Below, one piece after another: positions 1 to 13,002 of a stretch of DNA of 64,000 nucleotides (position 1 is the first letter of the stretch; each line of letters begins with the position of its first letter). Under the pieces are notes generated by a model, which saw only the letters and a list, made by a program, of their open reading frames with translations, was not told the DNA's origin and ran no database searches. Position numbers and translations under genes: made by a program. The stretch spans positions 91,886,001 through 91,950,000 of the forward strand of contig CM059432.1 of the NCBI GenBank assembly GCA_030390025.1. Direction: 5' to 3'. This stretch comes from Squalus acanthias. Its lineage: Eukaryota.

Positions 1-524
1 GAAGGGAGAGAAGCAAAGCTGGAAATGAAAAGCAGAAAATTAGTAAGTGAGTTTGGTAGGCAGAGGAAACAAAGCCTAGAAAATAGACAACAAGGGAGTT
101 TGGCAGTGCTAAATGGTATATACTTCAACGCAAGGAGTGTAGGGAATAAAGCAGATGAGCTGAGGGCACAGATAGACACGTGGGAGTATGATATAGCTAT
201 TACTGAGACATGGCTGAAAGAAGGGCAGGAATGGCAGCTCAACATTCCTGGTTACAGGATTTTCAGATGAGATAGGGGGATAAAAAAGGAGGAGGGTCGC
301 AATATTGATTAAAGAATCAATTACAGCTGTGAGGAGGGAGGATATCTGAGAAGGATCATCAAATGAGGCCATATGGGTTGAACTGAAACAAAAAAAGGGC
401 AATCACACTGCTGGGAGTGTACTATAGACCTCTGAACAGTCAGAGGGAGATAGAAGAGCAAATATGTGGGCAAATTTATGAGACGTACAAAAATAGGGCA
501 GTAATAGTAGGAGATTTCAACTTC

Positions 525-834
525 ACAGAATCCCCACAGTGCAGATAGAGGCCATTTCGGCCCATCGAGCCTGCACCAACACATATCCCACCCTATCCCC
601 GTAACCTCACGTATTTAATCCCCCCTAACACTAAGGGTCAATTTATCATAGCCAAATCAACCTAACCCGCACATCTTTGGACTGTGGGAGGAAACCGGAG
701 CACCCGGAGGAAACCCACGCAGACACGGGGAGAATGTTCAAACTCCACACAGACAGTCACCCAAGGCTGGATTCGAACCCGGGTCTCTGGCGCTGTGAGG
801 CAACAGTGCTAACCACTATGCCACCGTGTTGCCC
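525..834 (-). mobile_element. tRNA-derived V-SINE (HE1-like) inserted in CR1
   Basis: Minus strand has A box TGGCATAGTGG, B box GGTTCGAATCC, V-domain GTCTGCGTGGGTTTCCTCCGGGTGCTCCGGTTTCCTCCCACAGTCCAAAG and a CR1-like tail. AACTTC is duplicated at 519-524 and 836-841. Confidence 0.9.
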
Positions 835-994
835 TAACTTCCCTAATATTAACTGGGCTAAAATTAGTGTGAAAGGTATAGAGGGAGCATAATTCTTAAA
901 ATGCATTGAGGAGAACTTTTTTAGCCAGTACGTAGCAAGCCCAACCAGAGAGGGGGCGGTTCTGGACCTAGTTTTAGGGAATGAAGCTGGGCAA

Positions 995-1120
995 AAGAAA
1001 GAAAGACTTGCATTTATATAGCGACTTTCACGACCACCGGACGTCTCAAAGCACTTTACAGCCAATGAAGTCTAGTGTAGTCACTGTTGTAATGTGGGAA
1101 ATGCGGCAGCCAATTTGCGC
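995..1120 (-). mobile_element. 3' tail fragment of a DeuSINE (L2-type tail)
   Basis: Reverse complement ends ...GTCGCTATATAAATGCAAGTCTTTCTTTCTTT, the same tail as at 10700-10735. Confidence 0.75.
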
Positions 1121-2081
1121 AGGTGGAAAGGGTATCGGTGGGAGAGCATATTGGTGGTAGTGATCATAATTCAGTTAGATTTAGGGTAGTTAAGGAAAAG
1201 GACATGGATAGACCAGGAATAAAAGTTCCCAATTGGGGAAAGAGATTTTTACTAAGCTGAGAGGTGATTTAGCCAAAGTGGCCTGGAGACAGAAACTTGA
1301 AGGTAAATCAGTGTCAGAGCAGTGGGAGGCATTCAAGGAGGAGATAGTGAGGGTTCAGAGCAAGTATGTTCCCTTAAAGAAAAAGGGTGGGACTAACAAA
1401 TCTAGAACCCCCTCGATGTCAAGAGGCATACAGGGTAGGATAAAGAAAAAAAGGGAAGCTTATGACAGATACCGAGGACTCAATACTGCAGAAAGCAGAG
1501 AGGAGTATAGAAAGTGCAGGGGTGAAATTTAAAAAGGAAATTAGGAAAGCAAAGAGAGGGCATGAAAGAATATTGGCAAGTAAAATCAAGGAAAACCCAA
1601 AGATGTTTTATAAATACATTAAGAGCAAGAGGATAACTAAAGTAAGAGTAGGGCCTATTAGGGACCATAAAGGTAACCTGTGTGTGGAAGTAAAGTTCTT
1701 AATGAATACTTTGCGTCTGTTTTCACAAAAGAGAGGGACGATGCAGACATTGCAATCAGGGAGGAGGAGTGTGAAATATTAGATGAAATAAACGTCGTGA
1801 AAGAGGAAATATTAAGGGTTTTATTAAGGGATAAATCCCCAGGCCTGGATGAAATGTATCCCAGACTGTTAAGAGAATTAAGAGAGGAAATAGCAGAGGC
1901 TCTGACCATCATTTTCCAATCCTCTCTGGCTACAGGTGTGGTGCCAGAGGACTGCTAATGTGGTACTGTTGTTTAAAAAGGGAGAAAGGGATAGACCGAG
2001 TAATTACAGGCCAGTCAGCCTAACCTCGGTGGTGGGAAAATTGTTCGAAAAAGTTCTGAGGGATAGGATAAATCTTCATTT

Positions 2082-2981
2082 ACATAGAAACATAGAAGAT
2101 AGGAGCAGGAGTAGGCCATTCGGCCCCTCGAGCCTGCTCCGCCATTTAATGAGATCATGGCTGATCATCCAAATTCAGTACCCTGTCCCTGCTTTCTCCC
2201 CATATCCCTTGATCCCTTTAGCCTTAAGAAATATATCTAACTCCTTCTTGAATATATTTAATGAATTGGCCTCAACTGCCTTCTGTGGTAGAGAATTCCA
2301 CAGGTTCACCACTCTCTGGGTGAAGAAATTCCTCCTCATCTCAGTCCTAAATGGCTTACCCCTTATCCTTAGACTGTGACCCCTGGTTCTGGACTCCCCC
2401 GCCATCAGGAACATCCTTCCTGCATCTAGTCTGTCTAGTCCTGTTAGAATTTTATAAGTTTCAATGAGATCCCCTCTCATTCTTCTAAACTCTAGCGAAT
2501 ACAAGCCCAATCGTCCCAATCTCTCTTCATACGTCATTCCTGCCATCCCAGGTATCAGTCTGGTGAATCTTCGCTGCACTCCCTCCATGGCAAGAACATC
2601 CTTCCTCAGATAAGGCGACCAAAACTGCACACAATACTCAAGGTGTGGTCTCACCAAGGCCCTGTACAACTGCAGCAAGACATCCTTGCTCCTGTACTCA
2701 AATCCTCTCGCTATGAAGGCCAACATACCATTTGCCTTCTTAACCGCCTGCTGCACCTGCATGCTTACCTTCAACGACTGGTGCACAAGGACTCCCAGGT
2801 CTCGTTGCACTTCCCCTTTTCCCAATCTATTGCCGTTCAGATAATCTACCTTCCTGTTTTTGCCACCAAAGTGGATAACCTCGCATTTATCCACATTATA
2901 CTGCATCTGCCCAATCACCCAACTTGTCCAAATCATACTGGAGTTTCTCTGCATCCTCCTCACAGCACACACGCCCACCCA
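2082..2981 (-). mobile_element. 5'-truncated CR1 LINE nested in the + CR1
   Basis: 267-aa ORF ([33 protein letters not shown]) and TTCTATGT-type tail at 2082. The host CR1 frame resumes at ~2983. Confidence 0.93.
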
Positions 2982-4329
2982 GCTTAGAAAGACACGGATT
3001 AATCAGGGACAGTCAGCATGGATTTGTTAAGGTAAAGTCGTATCTGACTAACTTGATTCAACTTTTTGAGGAGGTAACAAGGAGGGTCGATGAGCGTAGT
3101 GCGTTTGATGTAGTCTATATGGATTTTAGCAAGGCTTTTGATAAGGTCCCGCATGGCAGACTGGTCACGAAAGTAAAAGCCCATGGGATCCAAGGCAAAG
3201 TGGCAAGTTGGATCCAAAATTGGCTAAGAGGCAGGAAACAAAGGGTAATGGTCGAAGGGTGTTTTTGTGACTGGAAGGCTGTTTCCAGTGGGGTTCCGCA
3301 GGATTCAGTACTGGGTCCTTTGCTTTTTGTGGTATATATCAATGATTTGGACTTGAATGTAGGAAGTATGATTAAGAAGTTTGCAGATGATACAAAAATT
3401 GGCCGTGTGGTTGATAATGAAGAAGAAAGCTGCAAACTGCAGGAAGATATCAATGGACTGGTCAGGTGGGCAGAACAGTGGCAAATGGAATTCAATCTGG
3501 AGAAGTGTGAGGTAGTGCATTTGGGGAGGGCTAACAAGGCAAGGGAATACACTATAAATGGTAGGACACTGAAGTGCAGAAGATCAGAGGGACCTTGGAG
3601 TGCATGTCCACAGATCCCTGAAGGTAGCAGGATAGGTAGATAAGGTGGTTAAGAAGGCATACGGGATACTTGCCTTTATTAGCCGATGCATAGAATATAA
3701 GAGCAGGGATGTTATGCTTGAACTGTATAAAGCACTAATTAGGCCGCAGCCAGAATACTGCGTACAGTTCTGGTCACCACATTATTGGAAGGACGTGATT
3801 GCCCTAGAGGGGGTGCAGAGGAGATTTACGAGGATGTTGCCTGGGCTGGGGAATTTTAGCTATGAGGAAAGATTGGATAGGCTGGGGTTGTTTTCTTTGG
3901 AACAGAAGGAGGCTGAGGGGCGACCTAATTGAGGTGTATAAAATTATGAGGGGCCTAGATAGAGTGGATAGGAAGGACCTATTTCCCTTAGCAGAAGAGT
4001 CAATAACCAGGGGGCATAGATTTAAAGTAATTGGTCGGAGGTTTAGAGGGGATTTGAGGAGAAATTATTTCACCCAGAGGGTGGTGGGGGTCTGAAACGC
4101 ACTGCCTGAAAGGGTGGTAGAGGCAGAAACCATCATCACATTTAAAAAGTACTTGGATATGCACTTGAAGTGCCATAATCTACAAGGCTACGGACCAAGT
4201 GCTGGAAAGTGAGATTAGGGTGGATAGCTCAGCACAGACAAGATGGGCCGAATGGCGGCCTCCTGTGCTGTAAATTTCTAGGATTCTATGAACCAAATAT
4301 TAGATATCTCGATAATTAGCCTAGATATT

Positions 4330-4590
4330 TATCTTAGAATCCTCGGGTTCTGTGACTCCACTCCTTTTGAGTTGGGCGTGAGAGACCGCCTTCCTCCTCT
4401 CCGCTGAATTTCTACTATCACCAAATTTTCAGCTTCCACTGTGTTTGCAATCCACTCCGATTGCGATTCACCCAACTCTGTCTCCAAGCTCTGTTCCCAA
4501 GCATCCTTGAGAAATGTTCTGCAATTCATTGGAAGATAAGAATTTAGAGATGTACCCTGTATGCAAAGATTGAGCAATTTTTGGCTCAGA
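4330..4590 (-). mobile_element. Degraded fish-type L1 ORF2 C-terminal fragment
   Basis: Minus-strand GYISKF.. / KDAWEQSLETELGESQSEWIANTV..SLTP resembles the 'ISKIY..AWE.ELG.EIS..QW..LTP' segment of non-mammalian L1 ORF2. Confidence 0.5.
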
Positions 4591-4605
4591 ATAAACTTCT
4601 ATAGT

Positions 4606-4785
4606 AAATAAAAACAGAAAATGCGGAGAGAGAAATAGAGTTAACATTTCAGGTCGATGACCTTTCATCAGACCTGAAACGTTAACTCTGTTTCTCGCTC
4701 AACAGATGCTGCCTGACTTGCTGAGTACTTCCAGCATTTTCTGTTTTTATTTCAGATTTCCAGCATCCGCAGTATTTTGTTTTTG
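4606..4785. mobile_element. Foldback Penelope-like pLTR remnant with hammerhead-like core
   Basis: Inverted arms AATAAAAACAGAAAATGC..GAGTTAACATTTCAGGTC / GACCTGAAACGTTAACTC..GCATTTTCTGTTTTTATT. Exact 14-bp TSD TAAACTTCTATAGT at 4592-4605 and 4786-4799. Confidence 0.8.
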
Positions 4786-6682
4786 TAAACTTCTATAGTG
4801 TCCAGGGTGACTCTTTTTTAGCAAGCTTTTCCACTTAATATGATTCAACAGATTGTTGGGTTCTGCCTTCTTTCTTCTCCCACTATACTGCTCCAATTGA
4901 TACTATTACAAAGTGGTAATTTTTCTTTAACTACAGAATTATACAATATGTGCCATTTGAGATGGGAAGGAGTATATTTAATTATAGGTTTTTAGTATTC
5001 TTTAAAAGTCAGGATTCAGAGTCCCAAATACATTCTTACAAAAGTTCAAGAAAGCTAGTGTCTACAGTTACTTATGCGTACTACTCTGAAATATCTGAGA
5101 TGGTTTGCAATTAGATAATTTTCAGAATGTGTCATAGGAACCTTTTCACTTCAAGTGAGAGACAAATAGTTACCTAAAACAATAGTGTCTTTTGACCTTC
5201 CTTGTGAACAAAGAGTCTTCACAAACCATTTTAAGTGTACCTTTATTTAAATTAGCTCATCAAGCTGCTCTGGGGCCATCCAAAGGACAGTATCGTAGAT
5301 GGTTAGGTTGAGCCTCTTGCTAACTTCCCTAGCCCAGAAGCATTGACGCCAGTTGTAATGCCCACTGCCTTACCTACTGATATGCGAAAATTCAGGAATC
5401 AAGCCTGGAATACTCCTGGTCTGCAGGGCTCATGCTTTTACCCACTAAGCAATTGACAAATCCCAATAAAAAAATCTCTGGAAATAATTCTTAAAAATAT
5501 TCTTGTATTGCAAATCAGGGACAGATTAGAGGAGGATACTGGAAAAAGAAATTTATTTATTTCCAATTATCTTGATTTTTCTCCTCTCCTCAAGGAACTG
5601 ACTCTTGCTGGAATATCGTTCCATGCATGATGGGAGCCCTCTGCAATCTTGCCCAAGTGGCTATTCTTCATTCACTGCAGGCTATTTGAATGTGAGTAAC
5701 ATCACAGCTAAGTCCAAATCTGTTCTCGGCCAAAGCCCAAACATGCACTTTCCTGCAGCCATTTAAATCCAATCAGGAGAATGAGCCCTGGTTCTCTTCC
5801 CCTCTTCACCATCCACCCCCCTTGTTGGCTCAGCTGAGATATACTAAGTCGCCACAGACAGCAATCAAATTCTTCTCTGACTCAAGTGTTCAACCAAATG
5901 ATGCATTTACTCATGAGTAATTGGCGCAAGTCCCAGAAAACAAGTTTTAAAGCCCAAATCATATACTTTGGTGTAAATTATTTGATGTTTATGTATCCAT
6001 CTATAGTATCTTTGGTTTATTGCTCTGGCAATCATAAACAAGGACTATAACCATTTTCCAAACGTGCCATTTTTTTTACCCAATTGGAAATTATAGATTA
6101 GAAATACAAAAGACATATTTGACATTTTAAAGAACAAAATGTTTCTCTGTATTTTGTGTTTTAACTGGCAGGTTGTTAATGGAATCGGTATTAGTGATTA
6201 TATAGCCAGCAATCTCCTGATTGAGGCATATGACTTTTAGCTTTTCAAGGAATAAAATTTAGGTTTTACCAGAATATGTATTTTTATTTAAAACATATAG
6301 GGGTAGAGTTTCCACTTTGGGCGCAGTTGGCAATCCGAATTGATTTTATGGTTCAAGTTTATTTGCGTAATCACAAACTTAAAATCTTCCATGAACCAGC
6401 ACATTGGGCAGCGTTTTAGAATGTAATTGTTTCTTTTCTTGCATTAAAAAATATTCTTTGATATATTTAAAGTGGTAACCTGGTGTAGTTTTATTAATAC
6501 AGCTGAAAATGGATTTAATCACCAAAAAACAAACATTTTAAATAGGTGTCTAGTCCACCAATTGTAAGTAACCTGATTTTAAATAACTGAAAATGACTTT
6601 AAAAAACTATTAAAAAGAACTATACAGAACCATTTACTAGTTTCATTAGTGGACAATAGTCAGTTTCTTAGTATTTTGTGTC

Positions 6683-7084
6683 AACTGTGGCTCAGTTGAT
6701 AGCACCCTCACCTCTGAGTCAGAAGGTTGTGGGTTCAAGTCTCACTCCAGGGACTTAAGTACAAAAATCTAGGCTGTCACTCCAGTTCAGTACTGAGGGA
6801 GTGCTGCACTGTCGGAGGTGCCGTCTTTCGGATGAGCCGTTAAACCGAGGCCCCGTCTGCGCGCTCAGGTGGATGTAAAAGATCCTATGGCATTATTTCG
6901 TAGAAGAGCAGGTGTAGCCAATATTTAACCCTCAATCAACATTACTAAAAACAGATTATCTGGTCATTATCACCTTGGTGTTTGTGGGAGCTTGCTGTGC
7001 GCATAATGGCTGCCACGTTTCCTACATTACAACAGTGACTCCACTTCAAAAGTACTGCATTGACTGTAAAGCAGCTTGGGACGT
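6683..7084 (+). mobile_element. DeuSINE (SacSINE1-like); 3' tail displaced to 10677-10735 by the RTE
   Basis: tRNA head TGGCTCAGTTG..GGTTCAAGTC and Deu-domain GTGCTGCACTGTCGGAGGTGCCGTCTTTCGGATGAG..GTAAAAGATCC. Confidence 0.88.
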
Positions 7085-10000
7085 TCTCCTCCTCTTAGGC
7101 AGTTCCTCAGAACCGAGGATGACTTGCTTCCACACTAAAAATGAGTTCTCAGGTGACTGATGAGTCCAATGCGGGACCTACAGTCTCTGTCACAGGTGGG
7201 GCAGACGGTGGTTGAAGGGATGGGTGGGTGGGGTGCTTGGGTTGACGTGCGCTCCTTCCGCTGTTTGCGCTTGGCTTCCGCTTGCTCCCGGCGAAGAGAC
7301 TCGAGGTGTTCGGCGCCTTCCCGGATGCTTCTCCTCCACTTTGTGCAGTCTTGGGCCAGGGATTCCCAGGTGTCGGTGGGGATGTTGCACTTTTTCAAGG
7401 AGGCTTTGAGGGTGTCCTTGAAGCGTTTCCTCTGCCTACCTGGGGCTCTCTTGCCGTGTCGGAGCTCCGAGTAGAACGCTTGTTTTGGGAGTCTCGTATC
7501 GGGCATGCGGACGATGTGGCCCGTCCATCGGAGCTGATCGAGCATGGTCAAAGCAATGCTGGGGATGTTGGCCTGAGCGAGAACACTGACGTTGGTGCGC
7601 CTATCCTGCCAATGGATTTGCAGGATCTTGCGGAGGCAGCATTGGTGGTACCTCTCCAGTGCTTTGAGGTGCCTGCTGTACATGGTCCATGTCTCTGAAG
7701 CATACAGGAGGGCGGGTATCACTACTGCTCTGTAGACCATGAGCTTGGCGCTGGGTTTGAGGTCCTGGTCTTCAAACACTCTTTTCCTCAGGCGACCGAA
7801 GGCGGTGTTGGGCTTCGTCATCGACGTCTGCCCTTGTTGACAGTAGGCTCCCGAGGTATGGAAAGTGGTCCACGTTGTCCAAGGCCCCGTCATGGATTTT
7901 GATAATCGGGGAGCAGTACTGTGTGGCGGGGCAGGTTGGTAGAGGACCTTTGTCTTACAGATGTTTAGTGTAAGGCCCATGCTCTCGTATGCTTCAGTGA
8001 AGGTGTTGACAATGGTTTGGAGTTCGACCTCAAAGTGTGCGCAGATGCAAGCGTCGTCTGCATACTGTAATTTGATGACAGAGGATGGGAAGACCTTGGA
8101 TCTGGACTGGAGGCGACGAAGGTTGAACAGTTTCTCGTTTGTTCTGTAGATTAGCTCCACTCCAGCGGGGAGCTTACTAAGGGTGAGATGGAGCATTGCA
8201 GCCAGGAAGATCGAGACGAGCGTTGATGCGATGAGAAAGCCTTGCTTGACCCCGTTCCGTACGTGAATTGTTTATGTGGTGGATCCGTTGGTCAGGATCA
8301 CGGCTTGCATGTCGTCGTGAAGCAGGCGGAGGATGGTGACAAACTTTTAAGGGCAGCCGAATTTGAGGAGGACACTCCATAATCCCTCATGGTTGACGGT
8401 GTCGAAGGCCTTTGTGAGGTCAAAGAAGGCCATGTACAGCGGTTGGTGCTGTTCCCTGCATTTCTCTTGTAGTTGACGCGCGGTGAAGATCATGTTCATT
8501 GTGCCCCTTAGTGGGTGGAATCCGCATTGCGACTCTAGGAGGAGCTCTTCAGCCACTGGGAGAAGGTGATTGAGCAGAATTCTTGCGATGACTTTCCCTG
8601 TGGCAGACAGCAGAGACACTCCTCTGTAATTACCACAATCGGACTTGTCATCTTTCTTGAAGATGGTCACGATTACAGCGTCTCTGAGATCCCCTGGCAT
8701 GCTCTCCTCCTTCCAAATAAGAGAAATGAGTTCATGTATTCGCGCCAATAGTGCTTCTCCGCCATGCTTTAGTGCCTCGGCGGGGGTTCCATCTGCTCCT
8801 GAGGCCTTGTTGTTCTTCAGTTGTCGGATTGCCTTTTCAACTTCATGCCGGGCTGGGGTTGTGCTGAGGTGGTGGCGGGTAGCATGCTGCAGGATGGAGT
8901 TGAGGACAGTCGCGTCGAAGACAGAGTCTCGGTTAAGGAGATCTTCGAAGTGCTCCTTCCAGCGGGCACTGACTGCCTCTCTGCCCTTGATGAGTACCTC
9001 TCCGTTCTTGGCCCGCAGTGGGGTAGGACCTTAGGTGCTTGGGCCGTAGGTGGTCTTGACTGCGTTAAAGAATCCACGCACATCGTGGTTGTCGGCTAGC
9101 TGCTGGATCTCCTGCGCTTTCTCCACCCACCATCTGTTCTTTAGGTCGCGAGTTTTTTGTTGGACCTCGGCCTTCAGGCGTCTGTAGAGCTGCTTTCTTG
9201 CTCTCGAGTTGTGTTGCTGTTTCCAAATCAGGAATGCCTTGCGCTTGTGGCTTATTAGCTCCTGGATCTCCCGGTCATTCTCGTCGCACCGGACTTGGTG
9301 TTTCCTGGTGGAGTGACCGAGTGCCTCTTCACAGGTGCTGATTATGGAGGCCTTGAGTGCAGACCAGGCGCTGTGAACACTCTGTGTCTCTGAGTCACTG
9401 GGAGTCGTCAGGTTGGTTGTGAGGCGCAGGCTGAATAGGGCTTTCTTAGCAGGGTCTTTGAGTGCTCCAGCGTTGATTTTTCCTGCGGCATTGCTTCTGT
9501 TGCCGCCGCTGTTTTGGGGCTATGTTGATGGAGATGACAGAGCAGTCGTCAGCTCCTGTCATGGCGCAGGTAATGCGGACGTCCTTGCGGTCCCTCGCTC
9601 GGACGATGACGTAGTCCAGCAGATGCCAGTGCTTGGAGCGAGGGTGTTGCCATGAAGCCTTGTACTTGTCTCTCTGACGGAACAAGGTGTTGGTTATGAC
9701 AAAGCCATGTTCTAAGCATTTCGTCAGGAGGAGGGTACCGTTGGAGTTGGCTTTCCCTAGCCCCTCTCTGCCAATCACACCTCCCCAGAGGTCTGTGTCC
9801 TTTCCAACTCTGGCGTTAAAGTCGCCAAGGAGGATCAGCTTGTCGCCCGTTGGGACTCGGGACAGGGATTGTTCGAGGCTGGAGTAGAATTCCTCTTTGG
9901 TCTCGTCTGTGGCTTCCAGTGTTGGGGCATACGCACTGATGACCGTAGCGCACTGGTTCCGGGCTAGGGTGAGCCGTAGAGTCATGAGGCGTTCGTTTAT

Positions 10001-10676
10001 CCCACAAGGGGAATCTCTGAGACGTTCAACTAGCTCATTTTTGATGGCGAGGCCTACCCCATGGAGGCAGTGTTCTTCTTCAGGTTTGCCTTTCCAGAAG
10101 AAGGTGTAACCACCGCCTTGCACCTTGAGCTGGCCTTCCCCTGCCCGCCGGGTCTCGCTTAGGGCGGCGATGTCTATGTTGAAACGTCTGAGCTCCCGGG
10201 CAATGATAGCAGTATGGCGTTCCGGTCTGTCGCTGTTGGGGTTGTCAATGAGGGTCCTGACGTTCCAGGTCCCAAACTTCATTTTAAAGGGTGGAATATG
10301 CCTGTGCGTGAATTCTTTTAACGTGGTGTGGCCGTTGCACACCAGCTACCACACGGGCTTGACAGAGCAAGGTCTTGGTCCAATGGCAAGGGGATCCAAG
10401 ACGATTGGAGACCAGGCTCTGCTACATCGGCCTAGCACACACACACAAACATACTCCTACTGTCCTCCTCCCTCCTTCCCACAGGTCCTCTCTGCCTGGG
10501 TTTCATAGGCTGCGGTGTGGTCCTCCCGGCCACGCTGCTGGTCCACGCTGCGCCACCCCTAGGCCCCGTCCTCGCCCCGGGCCCCCTCCTCGTCCTCGCC
10601 CTCACCCCTGGGCCCCGACCTCCTTATAGTGTGTCTCCTTCCAGTGAGTGTGTCCCGCGGTGTCTCCTTCTAGTGC
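7085..10676 (-). mobile_element. Near full-length RTE-clade (BovB-like) LINE with disrupted ORF
   Basis: KFGTWNVRTL..AALSETR..ISAYAPT..LGDFNARVG (APE), GNYRGVSLL..SQCGF..FFDLTKAFDTV, LQYADD, and C-terminal CPTCDRDCRSRIGLISHLRTH. TSD GCTTGGGA(C/T)GT at 7074-7084 and 10677-10687. Confidence 0.93.
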
Positions 10677-11018
10677 GCTTGGGATGTACGGTGGTCGTGA
10701 AAGGCGCTATATAAATGCAAGTCTTTCTTTTTTAAAGGCTTTTAAAAGGTGACTCAAACAGCTTAATTTTAAGAGCCTCCTCGAAGGCGCAATTAGCGGA
10801 AACTTGCTTTTGTGAATAACTCGATCTAGGGTATGGCCATTTTTGTGGGCGGGGCCGGCTTCCAGCGCAATGTTTTTCAAACCAATGCAAAAGATCACGG
10901 AAAGTCGATTTGCGTTGGATGTAACTTGTGCTTGAAATTCCTCGATCTTTTGTGCTGGTTTGGCCAATTTCAGGCGAATTGCACTGGAAAAATCAGCACA
11001 ACCTCGTGGAAACTCTAC

Positions 11019-13002
11019 TACAACAACAACTTGTATTTGTATAGTGTCTTTAACGTAGTTAACCGTCCCAAGGTGCTTCACAGGAGCATTATCAAACAAA
11101 ATTTGACACAGGCACATAAAGAGCAATTAGGGCAGGTGGCCAAAAGCTTGGTCAAAGAGGTAGGTTTTAAGGAACATCTTAAAGGAGGAAAGAGAGGCGG
11201 AGAGGTTTAGAGAGGGAATTCCAGAGCCTAGGGCCTTGGCAGCTGAAAGCACGGTCAGCAATGGTTGAGTGAATCAGGGATGCTCAAGAGACCAGAATTA
11301 GAGGAGCGCCGATATGTGGGGGTGGGGCGGTGGTTGTGGGACTGGAGGACATTAGAGATGAGGCCATGAAGGGATTTGGGGAAAAAATGGATGACAATTT
11401 TAAAATTGAAGCGTTGCATAACTGGGAGCCAATGTAGGTCAGCGGGCACAGGGGTGATGGGTGAATGGGATTTGGTGCGATTAGGCAACAGGCAGCAGAG
11501 TTTTGGATGACCAAGTTTACATAGGGTAGAACGTGGGAGGCCAGCCAGGAGTGTGTTGGAATAATCAAGTCTAAAGGTAATAAAGGCATGGATGAGGCTT
11601 TCAGCAGCAGATGAACTGAGGCAGGGGCGGAGTCAGGTGATGTTACGGAGGTGGAAATAGGAGGTCTTAATTATGGCGTGGATATTTGGTCGGAAGCTAA
11701 TTTCAGGGTCACATATAACACCAAGGTTGCTAGGGAGAGAGATGGAGTCGGTGGCCAGGGAATAGAGTTTGTGGCAGGGACCAAAGACAATGGCTTCGGT
11801 CTTCCCAATATTTAGTTGGAGGAAATTTCTGCTCATCCATTACTGAATGTCGGGCAAGCAGTCTGATATTTAGAGACAGTGGAGGCATCGAGAGAAGTGG
11901 TGGGGAGGTAGAGCTGGGTGTTGTCAGCATACATGTGGAAACTGACGCTGTGTATTTGGATGATGTCGCCGAGGGGCAGGATGTAGATGAGAAATAGGAG
12001 TGGGCCAAGGATAGATCCTTGGGGGACACCAGAGGTAACGATGTGGGAGCGGGAAGAGAAGCCATTGCAGGTGATTCTCTGGCTACGATTAGATAGATAA
12101 GAATGGAACCAGGCGAGTGCAGTCCCACCCAGCTGGACGATGGTGGAGAGGCGTTGGTGGCGGATGGAGTGGTCAACCGTGTCAAAGACCGCAGACAGGT
12201 CAAGAAGGATGAGGAGGGATAGTTTACTTTTGTCACAGTCACATAGGATGTCATTTGTGACTTTGATAAGAGCCATTTCGGTACTGTGGCAGGGGCGGAA
12301 ACCTGATTGGAGGGATTCAAACATGGAGTTCCGGGAAAGATGGGCACGGATTTGGGCGGCGACAACACGTTCAAGGACTTTGGAGAGGAAAGGGAGGTTG
12401 GCAATGGGACAGTAGTTTGCAAGGACAGAGGGGTCAGGGTTTTTTTTGAGGAGAGTGGTGATGATGGCAGATTTAAAGGCGTGGAACAGTACCTGAGGAG
12501 AGAGAACTGTTAATATCTGTTAACATGGGAGCCAGAAAAGGAAGATCAGTGGTCAGCAGTTTAGTGGGAATAGGGTCGAGGGAGCAGGAAGTGCGTCTCA
12601 TGGACAAGGTGAGCTCGGAGAGGGCATGAGGGGAAATCGGAGAGAAACTGGAGAAAGATGTGAGTTCAGGCCTAGGGCAGGGGGAACCTTAGATGAAGTT
12701 TGGCCCAGTGGGCTGGAGGAAGGAAGGGAAGTGGCAAAGGCAGCTGATCGGATGGTCTCAATCTTAAGAGACAAAGCAGTCCATGAGCCTCTTGCACTTG
12801 TTTTGGAAGTGAGGGTGGAGGAGAGGGGTTTAAGAAGACGGTTTGCAGTAGAGAAAAGAAGGGCTATCTTTCCATTCCAGAATGATCCTTGAATAGTGAG
12901 CAGTTTTGGCAGAGGAGAGCAGGACCCAATAATGCTTTGTGGTCCAGCCAGATCTGGGGGTGAATGGCTAAACCAGTTGTCCGTCATATCCGTTCAAGTC
13001 TG
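11019..13002 (-). mobile_element. L2 LINE, 5'-truncated and degraded
   Basis: FESLQSGFRPCHSTEMALIKVTND..LDLSAVFDTVDH..GVPQGSILGP..YADNTQLY, LHWLPV, and a (GTT)n-type tail at 11019. Confidence 0.92.

Larger units (their letters stand above)
1..4290 (+). mobile_element. CR1-clade LINE, degraded ORF2 (APE endonuclease + RT) through 3' tail, interrupted by three younger insertions
   Basis: ORFs read YFNARSV..DIAITETWL (endonuclease), [38 protein letters not shown] (RT), EYCVQFWSP. Ends in a TTCTAGGATTCTATG tail at ~4290. Frameshifts and stops present. Confidence 0.95.
6300..11018. mobile_element. Non-autonomous TIR element (Harbinger-like) split by a DeuSINE and an RTE
   Basis: Left end GGGGTAGAGTTTCCAC (6300-6315) is complementary to GTGGAAACTCTAC (11006-11018). 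The outermost bases of the right end are replaced by the L2 tail. Confidence 0.6.

Noticed and set aside
4329..4558. Apparent minus-strand terminal exon after TTTGCATACAG
   Set aside because: The peptide is better explained as a decayed L1 ORF2 fragment.
6171..6240. Possible additional ZC2HC1A exon after TTTTAACTGGCAG
   Set aside because: No convincing donor and no recognisable ZC2HC1A peptide.
6683..6755. tRNA-like sequences at SINE heads (also ~765-834, 18625-18695, 37588-37655, 60070-60138)
   Set aside because: These are SINE 5' heads or head fragments, not cloverleaf-forming tRNA genes.
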